DNA of 64,000 nucleotides from Gordius albopunctatus (Eukaryota): NCBI GenBank assembly GCA_964276515.1, contig OZ193909.1, positions 11,346,001 to 11,410,000 of the forward strand, read 5' to 3'. Shown piece by piece: positions 1 to 11,366 of this stretch (position 1 is its first letter; each line of letters starts with the position of its first letter). The notes under the pieces were generated by a model. It saw only the letters and a program-made list of their open reading frames with translations, ran no database searches and was not told where the DNA came from. The position numbers and the translations under genes were made by a program.

Positions 1-150
1 TTTTATATATATATAAATAAGCACACTATTTACAACTTTTATGACTTTTTGCCAGCTGTCCATTTCGCCAGGGGGCTGGATTTCCTCTTTTTTTAAATTT
101 TAAAACTCCGAACTCTGAAGTGCTAGCTAATTCTCCTTACTAATTCAAAC

Positions 151-1327
151 TAGAGGTCTGCATGGGCCGGGCCAGCCCGCAGACCCAAGTCCGGCCCGCG
201 GGCCGGGTCGGACCTAAAATTGAGCAATAAAAAAGTGCGGGTCGGGCTTGGGCTTTGAAAAGTGAAAATTTTGAAATTATTTATTTTCATACTCTAATTT
301 TAATATAGAAACAAAAAAATGCACTTATTAGCTTAATCATAATAAAAAAATTTATTTTCCCAAGCAAATCTGGTGGAACTCAAAAATCATAATGTGAATA
401 AGTTTGAATGAGATGTATGATAAACTAGTCATTTTTAATCTGGCAAAGATTTAATGGAAAAATTTGAAGGTATATTACCTTTTGAAAAGGCAAGCATCAA
501 GTTAGAAGCAGATAAGAAACCAACACTCTATAATTGACCTAAAGATTTATCTACAAATTTAAGTCAAGAGCCCAAACTATGCTAATTTAAAAGTTTGATA
601 TCGAAATTTATCATAAAATATCAACCTTTCTTGTTTCTTAGTTTCGCACGATTAAAATGCTACCCGAGTATGAAAGAAACTTCTTAAAAACTACGGTAAT
701 ACTGGGTCTTCCGACATAGATCTTCTTGCATAAGTGGTCCAACTATGATTAATCCAGCTCAGGTGTGCAACACTAAGCAATTATCTATTTTTTTTTATTT
801 GGGACGATGATAAAACGGAAAAATTGAAGATTTCCACGAAGTTGATACATCTTAAATCAAATCTAAACCTGAGGATGCTCAGCTAGGTGTATTTTTATGG
901 TCGAAACACCAACTTATGTTAGTTACCAAACTCACCAAAATAACCTAGTCAGTTTTTGTCAATTCCAATGGCTACGGCTACGAGTAAACTCACATTCAGT
1001 AAGGCAAGTCGTCTTATATAACAGAGAAGACTGAAATTATTGCCTGATAGAATATATACTCTTTTAGTTTTAAATGACAATATTAAATTGTAATTTTTAA
1101 TTAGAACCGATTTTATATGCTATATTTAAATTATTTCACAAACAATACAAAAAAATTTTATACAAATAAATAATTTTGAAACAGCGTAGACTTGTTTTTA
1201 CTCGTGCGGGCCGGATGCGGCGCAATTTTTAGGATTTTATTGCGGGCCGGGTGCGGGCCAAAAAATTTATATTTGTGCGGGTATGGGCCGGGCCTGAACC
1301 TAAAATTTCGGCCCATGCAGACCTCTA
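151..1327 (+). mobile_element. Non-autonomous hAT DNA transposon (internally decayed transposase)
   Basis: 19-bp TIRs TAGAGGTCTGCATGGGCCG (151) / CGGCCCATGCAGACCTCTA (ends 1327); GC-rich GGGCC subterminal motifs; flanks ATTCAAAC / ATTCAATT (decayed 8-bp TSD); frameshifted hAT C-terminal dimerisation-domain remnant at ~890-1093, homologous to ORF 5867-6103. Confidence 0.85.
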
Positions 1328-1596
1328 ATTCAATTTCAAACTACATAAATTGCTCCTGTTTTATTAAAAGGTAAATTATTTTAATAAAGTTATATTTTAA
1401 ATTTTTTTTAGTGTTAATCGTGAAGATTTAGCTACTCCTCATCATTAATTTAGATTACATTTAATACATATTCAAAGATAACATAAAAGTAAGTTATAAT
1501 TTTAATTAATATGGTATGATAACTTGTTTATTTATAAAATATTTTAAATCATGTGAGATATTTTACCTTAAGACAATATATCTTAACAATGATTTG

Positions 1597-1975
1597 ATTT
1601 TTCGACTGCTGGTCAAATTTTAGAGGAGAGAAGGGTGAGGTTGCGACCTGATATTGTAGACGCAATTATATTTATACATCATTATAGTAAATCATTTAAA
1701 TAAATTCATTAGAGAAAATCTGTGGTTACAGTTTGTTTCATTAATAATACTTTTATTTGTCGATTTAATTTTACACCGCAATTTTCGCGCTCGAAAGTAA
1801 TTTGTTTTAATAATTTTTCGTGTCGTGTCGGGTTCGGGTAGAAAATTTGAAAATGATTTCGGGTCGGGTCCTGGTAGAAAATTTGAAAATGTTTTTGGGT
1901 CGGGTCCGGGTAGAAAATTTTAAAATGTTTTTGGGTCGGGTTCGGGTTGAAAAAAAGTGACTTTGCAGTTCTCTA
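1597..1975 (+). mobile_element. 3' end of a second hAT-family element
   Basis: Translates FSTAGQILEERRVRLRPDIVDAIIFIH (end of hAT dimerisation domain). Followed by 3-4 tandem ~36-bp GGGTCGGGTCCGGGTAGAAAATTTGAAAATG subterminal repeats and a ...TGCAGTTCTCTA terminus similar to the TIR at 1327. Confidence 0.7.
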
Positions 1976-2602
1976 TATCCAACCTTATTTTATATGTTCT
2001 CATTATTTAAACCATATAATTAAAGAAGTTATTTTTGTTATGAGCCATATTAATCACATAGGGGAGAATTTTTGGGGTCGCACTAATTTTGTATATAAAA
2101 TTATAATTTCTTGATCAGATAACCAAAATAATATAATAATTTACACATAAAAGCTGAAATATTAATTATTCTGTTAAAATTTGAAAAGTGTACATTATAA
2201 CTAGTTTATTCAATTTATTATTCACACATGGTATTAAAACAATACATTTTACACGAGGTAAATAGAACTATAAGATATTCTAAATAACGTGTATAAAAAT
2301 AGATTATATTATAACATTACTTACATAGTAAAGTAATACAACCAAGTTATAGCTATTTAAAGTTTGGAGTCATCCTGACCCCCTTAACCATCCCTGTTAG
2401 GATTTTAAAAATTGTAAATGCTAGATGTCACTTTCGCATTTCAAAACTTTTTAATTATGTAATAGCATAGCATAATACAATATTGCTTTTAATTCTATTT
2501 TTTCTTTGAGGTAGCGCTCATGGACTTAAAGCGGAGTTATATGTGTAATATATTTCTTCAACACTTCATAATTATTGTGACGTAATTTGAAAAATATTGC
2601 AT

Positions 2603-2609
2603 TATAAAA
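2603..2609 (+). promoter_or_regulatory. Candidate TATA box of the small secreted-peptide gene
   Basis: TATAAAA 29 nt upstream of the ATG at 2632; AATAAA at 2996-3001 downstream of the stop. The AT-rich background makes chance matches common. Confidence 0.35.
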
Positions 2610-2631
2610 GGTTAATTCGTAAAATGACAAA

Positions 2632-2916
2632 ATGATTTTAATGTTGCCAAGTTTGATAGTTTATTTTCTATTCCAAGGGGCGAATGGCGTCGCTTCCCTT
2701 TGGGTCCATTCGTGGTCACCAGAAGCTTGTAGAGATGGTGTCCAATCAAATGACACATGTCAGCCATGCCCCAAGATGGCTGAGAATTGCTTTACATTGA
2801 ATGGAATTCCAGAAGTCAAGGCTGTTCATTGCTTTCCCTTAATTTGTGGCCAGTGTAATAAATTACTTTACAATGATAAAAGACAGGAATTAAAATGCTC
2901 CACAACCTATTCTTAA
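2632..2916 (+). CDS. Small secreted cysteine-rich protein (94 aa), ShKT-domain-like
   Basis: Hydrophobic N-terminus (MILMLPSLIVYFLFQGANG) resembling a signal peptide; 8 Cys; CRD...C...C...CxxxxCGQC pattern resembling the ShKT consensus CxD...C...C...CxxxCGxC; higher GC than flanks; TATA upstream and AATAAA downstream. Confidence 0.7.
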   Translation: MILMLPSLIVYFLFQGANGVASLWVHSWSPEACRDGVQSNDTCQPCPKMAENCFTLNGIPEVKAVHCFPLICGQCNKLLYNDKRQELKCSTTYS

Positions 2917-4074
2917 GTGTGACCCTAATCCTTACTGATATGGATCTATATTTGGCATGGTTATATAAAAATACGATATATATTATAATTACACCAATAA
3001 AAGATGATGTTCACAAACTATGAGCTGAAACATTTCTTACTCATTCATTAGTTTATTCGAATTATATAAAAAAAGTAAACAATTCATTTTTTAGGGAGCT
3101 ATTAAGTTAGTACAAAACATTTTCAAGCAAATTTTAATTCAGGATGAGATAACATAACTTATAAGCAATTATTTTGGTTTTAAGCTGTCCGACTCAGGAT
3201 TTGGTCCACAGCCATCGCTTCCTAGTGCTAAATTTTATAATTGCCTCGGCAATTTTCAAAATGGGTTTATCCCAAAAAGTCTTTTTAAGCCTTTATGCAA
3301 AGCAAGTGTGGGCCTGGCTTGGGCTTTGAAAAGTAAAAAATTTTTTAATTTATTTAACTTTATACTATAATTCTAATATAGAAACAAAAAAAATCACTCA
3401 TTAGCTTAACAATAAAAAAATTTAATTTTCCCAACAACAATCTGGTGGAAATCATTATGTTAAAAATGATAAAATAATAAGTTGTTTATCTGGCAAAGAT
3501 TTATTGGAAAACTTGAAGACATTTCCATAAAACAGATCATGCTATTAATTAATATGCTTTCACCTTATGAAAAGGCAAGTATCGAGTTAGAAGCGCATAA
3601 GACCCCCACACTCTATAAAATATTACCCTTTTATGCATCATAAAAGCATCGCAAATTTGTTTCCACCTCCTACGTATAATGAATGGTGATTCTGTTGACT
3701 TAAAGAGCTACAAATTGAAGTCAAGACCCCAAACTATGCTAATTTCAAAGTCAATAACCTTTCTTGTTTCTTAGTTTCGCTCGTTAGCTACCCGAATATG
3801 GGAAAAGCTTCTAAAAAACTCGGGCCTTCGGCCCTCGTGGGAAGGGGGAAGGGGAGGGGAGGGGGAAGGGGAGGAGGGGAAGGAAGGGGGAACTCATCTA
3901 CACTCCGTATAAATGTATCATATTTGCTATGCAATTTATGGAAATACTTACGTGAATATTGCAAAACGAAGGTTGGAAGCACTAAATAAGTGTATATGCC
4001 AAATATCATAAAGGGGGAGAGAGGGAGCGAAGGGGAAGCTTTATGGTTAGTTAAATTCTACGGGAGTTGTATTA

Positions 4075-4700
4075 CCAAAAGGTCATAATAGCAATGGTAG
4101 GAACAGGAACAATCATAATAGTCAAAAAAAACGAAAAAAAAATTTTCGAATCACATTTTGGCCAAAGGTCATTTTTTTCCATTGGTCAGCAGCCAGGACA
4201 CGGTAAAAGTGGATATAAATTCATAATAGTCAAAAAAAAACGAAAAAAAAGTTTTCGAATCACATTTTGGCCAATGGTTATTTTATTCCATTGGTCAGCA
4301 GCCAGCGGACGGCCAAAAAGTCATAATAGCAATGGTAGGAACAGGAACAATCATAATAGTCAAAAAAAACGGAAAAAATAATTTCGATTCACATTTTGGC
4401 CAATGGTCATTTTTTTCCATTGGTCAGCAGCCAGGACACTGTAAAAGTGGATATAAATTCATAACAGTCAAAAAAAAACGAAAAAAAAATTTTCGAATCA
4501 CATTTTGGCCAATGGTCATTTTATTCCATTGGTCAGCAGCCAGCGGACGGCCAAAACGTCATAATAGCAATGGTAGGAACAGGAACAATCATAATATTCA
4601 AAAAAAACGAAAAAATAAACTCGGATACACATTTTGGCCAATGGTCATTTTTTTCATTGGTCAGCAGCCAGCGGACGGCCAAAAAGTCTTATTATCATTG
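4075..4700. repeat. Tandem repeat, ~239-bp dimeric unit (~2.6 copies)
   Basis: Two related monomers alternate, sharing the core CATAATAGTCAAAAAAAACGAAAAAAA...CACATTTTGGCCAATGGTCA...ATTGGTCAGCAGCCAG; units start near 4075, 4313 and 4551. Confidence 0.9.
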
Positions 4701-4899
4701 ATAGTAACAAGAACAATCATAAGAGTCAAAAAAAACTCCGGGATTCTAACCCAAAAACTAGATAAATTGCATAGCAATTATTAAAAAGTATAGGGTAATT
4801 ATCAATGTTAACCTATTCAAAAACGAACAAAAAATTTTGATTTATTTGGCCAATGGTAATTTTTTTCAATTATCAATGTTAACTTATTCAAAAAGGAAA

Positions 4900-5645
4900 A
4901 ACGAAAAATTAGGATTTATTTGGCCAATGTTCATTTTTTCATTGGTCAGTAGCCAGCGGACGGTCAAAAAGTCATATTATCAAAGGTATTAACAAGAACA
5001 AAATATTAAATTAATTAAAAAAATAAAAATTTTGCCCTCTCCGGGATTCGAACCCACATTAAATAGAGGCATAAGCCTTTGGAGGGGAACAGGGAACCAT
5101 ATAAATAGAGCCATAGGCCCTTGTAGGGGAGGGCATAGGGTAATTATCAATGTTAAACTATTCAAAAACGAAAAATTAAAAATTTTGATTTATCTGGCCA
5201 GTGGTCATTTTTTCATTGGTCAGTAGCCTGCGGACGGTCAAAAATTCATATTATCAATGGTATTAACAAGAACAATATATTAATTTAATTTAAAAAAAAA
5301 TAAAAATTTTTGTCCTCTCCGGGTCTCGAACCATCAATTTAGAACGTTCGCCGGGATTCAAACCCACATTAAATAGAGGCATAAGCCTTTGGAGGGGAAC
5401 AGGGAACCATATAAATAGAGCCATAGGCCCTTGTAGGGGAGGGCATAGGGTAATTATCAATGTTAAACTATTCAAAAACGAAAAATTAAAAATTTCGATT
5501 TATCTGGCCAGTGGTCATTTTTTCATTGGTCAGTAGCCTGCGGACGGTCAAAAAGTCATATTATCAATGGTATTAACAAGAAAAAAATATTAATTTAATT
5601 TAAAAAAAAAAAAAATTTTGTCCTCTCCGGGTCTCGAACCCGCAA
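4900..5645. repeat. Tandem duplication of a ~310-bp unit containing tRNA-like T-arm fragments
   Basis: ~5040-5330 is repeated at ~5350-5640; CCGGGATTCGAACC / CCGGGTCTCGAACC motifs are B-box-like on the minus strand. Confidence 0.8.
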
Positions 5646-6810
5646 CCTCCAGGTCGGGAAGCTGGTGTAAATAACTTGGTGGACGGACGGACGGACGGAC
5701 AACCAAAAACGAGCCCATAAATTGCATAGCAATTAAAACTACGGTAACAGAATTAGATGATTTAAAAAGATCGTGATCTTCTTGCATAAGTCGTTCAACT
5801 AAAAGTGATCCAGCTCAGGTTTGCAACACTAAGCAATTTATATTTTCTATTTGGGACGATGATGAAATGGGGGAAAAACCTGAAGATGCTAAGCAAGATG
5901 TAATTTTATGGTGGAAAGAACACCAACTTATGCTATTAAACTTGACAAAATTAGCTAGTCAGTTTTTGTCAATTCCAGCCAACAATGCTACGAGTGAATG
6001 CACATTGAGTAAGGCAAGTCGCCTTATAGTACAGAGAAGAACGAAATTATTGCCTGATAGAATAGATAGTCTATTATTTTTAAATGACAATATTAAATTG
6101 TAATTTTTAATTAAACCCGATTTTATATGCTATAGCTAAATTATTTTTTGAACAATACAAAATAGTTTTTATACAAAGAAATAATTTTGAAACAACGTAG
6201 ATTTGTTTTTACTCGTGCGGGCCTGATGCGGCACATTTTTTGGGATTTTTTTGCGGGCCGGGTGCGGGCCAAAAAATAATATTTGTGCGGGTATGGGCCG
6301 GGCCTGAACCTAAAATTTCGGCCAATGCAGACCTCTAATCCAAATAATCTCATACAGTAAGATCCTTTTCTGCCACCTAATTTATAGTAAAATTCTTTTT
6401 CATTAATACAAATAAAAATTATATAATTGTCTTGCCCTTAATTATTCCAAATGGTTCCGCAACTAAAGTAGCTTTTGTTGTCCCTTTCCACCAAATCTTG
6501 GACCAAAAAATACACATGTTTTACAAAATGCCTCATTTTCCTTTGGGAAATATGCAGGCCAGCTCCATTTCTGGAACCAGGAGTGTTGAAATTTCGTTTT
6601 TTAATTGTGGCATCACGAGGAAAATTGAACGAAACGGAGGTTGATAAATCCTATCATGTTGTGGTAGCTTATCCTCCTCAATATTTTTATTCTTTCCATA
6701 TAAAGATATGTCATGAGGGAATGGGTCACTTGAATCTAAAATTAAATTATTTTATTTAAAAAATTTTAATTAAAAAATCAACTCTTCATAAACTTAAAGA
6801 ATATTTATAA

Positions 6811-7116
6811 CTAGATGAACCCGGCAAACGTTGTTTTGCCATTTACCCGGGTGTATTAAATAATGTTGGAATTTTAGGGCATATATGATGATAAAGCGGT
6901 TATTGAAGTAAAAATAAAGTTTGATGTCTAGTATATGTTCTAGTTCTATTGTTCTATTTCCGTACTCGAAAACTACTGCACCGATTTGGCTCGAACAAAT
7001 CTTAAAACATGCTCCGGAGTGTCAGGAATAAACTGTGGAATTTTGAGCCAAATCGGTCTGGTAGTTTTCCAAAATTGGTGGCGGCATACACACATAGTTT
7101 CATATTATATATAAGA
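6811..7116 (-). mobile_element. Short non-autonomous Helitron (306 bp)
   Basis: On the minus strand it begins A|TCTTATATATAAT and ends GGCAAAACAACGTTTGCC (hairpin) GGGTTCATCTAG|T; A|T insertion site, no TSD. Confidence 0.8.
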
Positions 7117-7120
7117 TAAT

Positions 7121-7293
7121 CACGTGCGTAGCCAGCTTTGGAATTAGAGGGGGGCAATGATGATCTAGGGAGGGGCAAAATGATCATTTTTTGAAATTTT
7201 AGCCATGATTCTAATAAATTTCAACATATTTTTTGGATTTAGAGGCGGGCAGCCGCCGCTCCCTGCCCCCCCCCCCCATTTAATACGGCCATG
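7121..7293. mobile_element. hAT-type MITE (CATGGGCGTAGCC family), degenerate TIRs
   Basis: CACGTGCGTAGCC ... TACGGCCATG termini; internal sequence similar to 30746-30860 and 52622-52783. Confidence 0.6.
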
Positions 7294-8047
7294 ATTATAA
7301 TTAATCAAACTGGTTTACAAAAAAATCATTTGGGAACACTTAAAATATTATCTGCTGCCTGCTGAGCGCGAATATGAGTTTTGAGATAATTTGGTTCAAA
7401 GAAAGGATGGTCTATATTGCGAAAAAACGATCAAAGTCAAGAACAAAATATCTAAGTAGTAAAAACGCTTTTTGGGGTGAAAAAATGTGACTTGCTCCGC
7501 CTGCGTACAGGCCTTGAAGCCTGACCCGCTGGCTGGTACGGACTAAGTTTGAACTTAATTTTAGCTGGCATGGCTTGGGCGGGCAAGTTTTTTGAAACGG
7601 ACTGTTGGAAATTCTGCTGTCTTAATTTTTAAATAAATTTAAGCTGTATCTAGTTCGATTTTCAAAAGCAAAAAGTCTGGTAAGGTGTGTAAAAGATATT
7701 AAATTTATTTAGTTAAGGCTAAGGTCGTTTTGGAATTAATATCCATTTAAAACTTAAAATTGATTGCATGACTAATTGGATTATTCAGTGCTAACTAAAT
7801 TATAGAAACCAATTAATTTGTAGTGTTTTGGGTTAGAATTTATTTCGAGTTCAATCAGGTTTAGGTAACACTATTGTTTGTCAGCACAACATCACCTAGT
7901 CCCAAATTAAGAATCACTTTTATCGCCCGTAAGTTTAACCTCACAGTGGCCTAGTTTATTAATCAAACTTCATTGGCCATCACATTCATATTTTCTTGTC
8001 CTTCTAAATTATTCAAACATTTAAATTAATTAACTAAGTACAATAGA

Positions 8048-11000
8048 AACACTACCTACGACGGTCCCAAGTCCGTGTGCAAAAAGTGGAGGGTTGGCGT
8101 CAGGTCGGAAACCGGCTATAAAAATAAACTCCAAAACTATGATAGTTTCAAACAGGATTTTTCAAGAAAAGGCTAGGGCGTCCTTCACAAACGACGCGCA
8201 CTGCATACCCCGCCCGTGCAATGTTAAAAATACACTAGGGTTACTGCCCAACTCACAACGAAGGCGGTTAAGGAAACTAGTTGTGGAAAGAATGCGAATT
8301 ACGTGCTGGAATGTGGGATCGTTGACGGGGAAGAGCATCGAGGGTGCACAGATGCTAAAAAGAAGAAAGGTACACATCGCCTGCCTACAAGAGACGAGGT
8401 GGAACGGAACGAAAGCTCGGGAATTAGGAGAAGGATACAAGCTTTTCTACAGTGGGTCATCAAATCGTAGAAACGGGGCGGTATCGTTCTAAGTGAATCG
8501 TTCAAGGACAAGCTGGTGGAAGTCAAGCGTTGTTCCGACAGGCTAATGTGGGTGAAGATTGCAGATCAAGGGGGCCTCCTAACCGTTATGTGCGCGTATG
8601 CCCCCCAAATTGGATGTTTGGAATCAGAGAAAGACATATTCTTCGATTCATCGGAAAAGGAAATACAAGGAATAGGACAGGAAGAAAGGCTAATTATTGG
8701 GGCAGATTTCAACGCTCACGTTGGGAAAGATCGCCTCGGGTATGAACGCAATCATGGATGCTATGGGCATGGTCTGAAGAACAAAGAAGGGGAAAAACTT
8801 CTCCAAGTATCCCAAGCATATGACATGGCGATCGTTAACACCTATTTTCAAAAGCGCGAAGATCATATTGTGACCTATAGAAGTGGGAAGCATTTTAGTC
8901 AAATCGACTATTTGCTTATACGGCGAAATGACTTATGGAGTATCAAGGATTGCAAAGTGATACCGGGAGAAGAAATCGCCAGGCAACATCGTCCCCTTGT
9001 TATGGATCTTGACAGAAGAGTATTTCACGAAAGAAGAAAGTTCTATGAACCTCGAATTCGATACGAAAGGCTAAAGGATACGTCGACGAACAAAGAATAC
9101 CATCAAAAAGCCTGCTCATTCTTGGGTGCAAGGAAGTTGCAAAGGGACGTAGACGACGATTGGGAGACGATATCTAAGGACATTAAGGAAACAGCGATTC
9201 GTGTTCTAGGACAGACCAAAGGAGGCAAAGCTATGAATAGGGAACTATGGTGGTGGGATCAATCGGTTAAGGATTTCATCGAAAGAAAGAAAAATCTACA
9301 TAGACGGTGGCATAAATCAAAAAATTACAGGTACGCAAAGAGGGCCGCAAAAAAGGCCGTTCCAAAAGCGAAGAATGCCGCGTACACCGAGATGGCAAAC
9401 AAACTGGATCATAAAGGGGGCGATAGGCTTATGTACAAATTGGCCAAGATAAGGGAAAAGAAAAGTCGCGATGTCGGAGTTCTTAAAATAGTCAAAAGCG
9501 AGAAGGGTCAAACCTTATTCAAGCCGAAAGAAGTGATGGAAAGGTGGAAAGGATATTTTAAGAAACTTATAGATATTGCAAACGACAAGGATTCCCTTCC
9601 GAAATGGAGCCAAATATAAATATGATCGAACTCTTTCAGGAGGATGAAGTTAGAATACAAATGAACAAGATGCAAAAAGGTAAAGCAAATGGTCCAGATG
9701 GAATACCTATTGAAGCATTGCTCGGATGTCGGGAAGAAGGAATCACCTCCATGACGAACCTCCTTAACAAGATATTGGTAGAAGAGCGAATTCCTAATCA
9801 ATGGAGAGCAAGCACGATTATACCCTTATTTAAAGGCAAAGGAGACCCTCAGGACTGTGACTATTACAGAGGTATCAAGCTTTGGCACCCCTTGAAGCTT
9901 ATGGAAATAATCTTAGTAACAAGGCTGAAAAACTAGGTGGGTATATAGGCTAATCAATTCGGATTTGTGGCCGGCAAATCCACAATCGACCAAATCTTCG
10001 CACTAAGACAAATGACGGATAAGCATGATGAAAATAGGAAAGACCTACATATGGTTTTTATCGACTTGGAGAAAGCTTATGACACGGTCCCCCACGACTT
10101 AATATGGTGGTGCCTGAGGAAACAAAATATCCCTGACGCATATATACGGCTTATGAAAAATATTTATGAAGCTTCAAACTCTTGCGTTAGGACAACAGTT
10201 GGAGACTCTAAACCTTTTCGGGTTAATATTGGATTAAATCAAGGCTCTGCTTTAAGTCCCTTTTTATTTAATATAATTATAGACACGATAACGAGGGACG
10301 TTCAAAAGCCTTCGCCATGGTGTATGCTATATGCCGATGATATAGTACTATGCGAGGAAACAAGAGAGAAAGTATTCGAAGAAGCCGAAAAATGGTCAAA
10401 GCGCTTAGCTGGATATGGTTTAAAGGGCAACGATAGAAAAACGGTATACATGGAAATGAACGGTACAGGCACCCCATCGCTGGATGACCATCTAAAGTAC
10501 CCAAAAGTAGACAGGTTCACATACCTCGGCTCGATGCTACATCAAGAGGGAGGTTGCACAACAGAAGTCAATGCCCGGATCCAAAAAGGATGGCTTAAAT
10601 GGCGAAGTATATCCGGTGTTTTGTGTGACAAGAAAATGCCAATATGGTTGAAGAGCAAAGCTTACAAATCCATCGTAAGACCGGTGTTAATCTATGGAAG
10701 TGAAACATGGGCATTAAACACCACGGAATTAAAGCTATTACAAGCCACAGAGATGAGAATGATACAGTGGAGCTTGGGGTATACTAAGCTCGACCATATG
10801 ACGAATGACTTTTTCATGACAAAAACGGGTATTCAATCTATGGCGGACATGATTAACGAAAATCGGCTAAGGTGGTATGGTCATATACTAAGGAGGGATA
10901 CGGATGAAGTAAATCGAAAAGTATTGGACATGGAGGTACCGGGGAAGAGAGGAAGAGGACGACTCCGTGTCACGTGGAAAGGGCAAGTCGATAAAGTTAT

Positions 11001-11114
11001 GTAAACTAAAGAGATTAGTCAAGACATGGCACTCACCTGGTCAAGATGGAAGAAACTTATCAAAACAAACCCCACCAATGTGGGACCAAATAACTGATAA
11101 AGAAGAAGAAGAAG
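8048..11114 (+). mobile_element. Full-length RTE-clade non-LTR retrotransposon (APE endonuclease + RT), inactivated
   Basis: Perfect 16-bp TSD AACTAAGTACAATAGA (8032-8047 / 11115-11130); (GAA)n tail; APE motifs WNVGSL, LQETRW, GADFNAH, QIDYLL; RT motifs [20 protein letters not shown]. The single ORF is broken by frameshifts (~8477, ~9600) and in-frame stops (9934, 11002). Confidence 0.95.
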
Positions 11115-11366
11115 AACTAAGTACAATAGAGGTTGTTAAATTCAATGCAATTTTAATTCATACATCATAGTCAGCTAGAAAATTTATAGCCTTTTATTTA
11201 TAATGGATAACAAATTTTATGGAATTAAGTCACATAAAACTTAAGCTATAGAACAGATATACTAATATCATATTAGTAGTAAAATTAATTCACAAATAAA
11301 TGCGATTTACAAATAATACAATGAAAATGTGAGTTAAATGTTATAGTGCTTATGAGTAAAAAATCT

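Larger units (their letters stand above)
3819..5734 (-). mobile_element. DINE-1/HINE-like non-autonomous Helentron-type element
   Basis: Perfect 18-bp inverted repeat TTGCTATGCAATTTATGG (3924-3941) / CCATAAATTGCATAGCAA (5715-5732); terminal GGGCC-TTC-GGCCC hairpin (3822-3834); (GTCC)n microsatellite on the minus strand at ~5680-5700; central tandem repeats; inserted in an A/T run of the hAT host (empty site visible at ~680-696). Confidence 0.65.
3302..6337 (+). mobile_element. Second copy of the 151-1327 hAT element (5'-truncated), interrupted by a ~1.9-kb insertion
   Basis: Colinear with 151-1327 on both sides of the insertion. ORF 5867-6103 (LWWKEHQLMLLNLTKLASQFLSIPANNATSECTLS...RRTKL) is a hAT dimerisation domain. 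Right TIR CGGCCAATGCAGACCTCTA ends at 6337. Confidence 0.85.

Noticed and set aside
4067..4784. Repetitive ORFs of 104 and 150 aa
   Set aside because: They arise from stop-poor tandem repeats inside a non-autonomous element; the frame shifts with A-run length.
5618..5690. Intact tRNA gene
   Set aside because: Only a T-arm / B-box-like 3' half is present; no D-arm or pairing acceptor stem seen.
11250..11366. Read-through GPI/TM tail for carboxypeptidase copy 1
   Set aside because: The frames checked downstream of the TAA hit stops within a short distance; no supported anchor.
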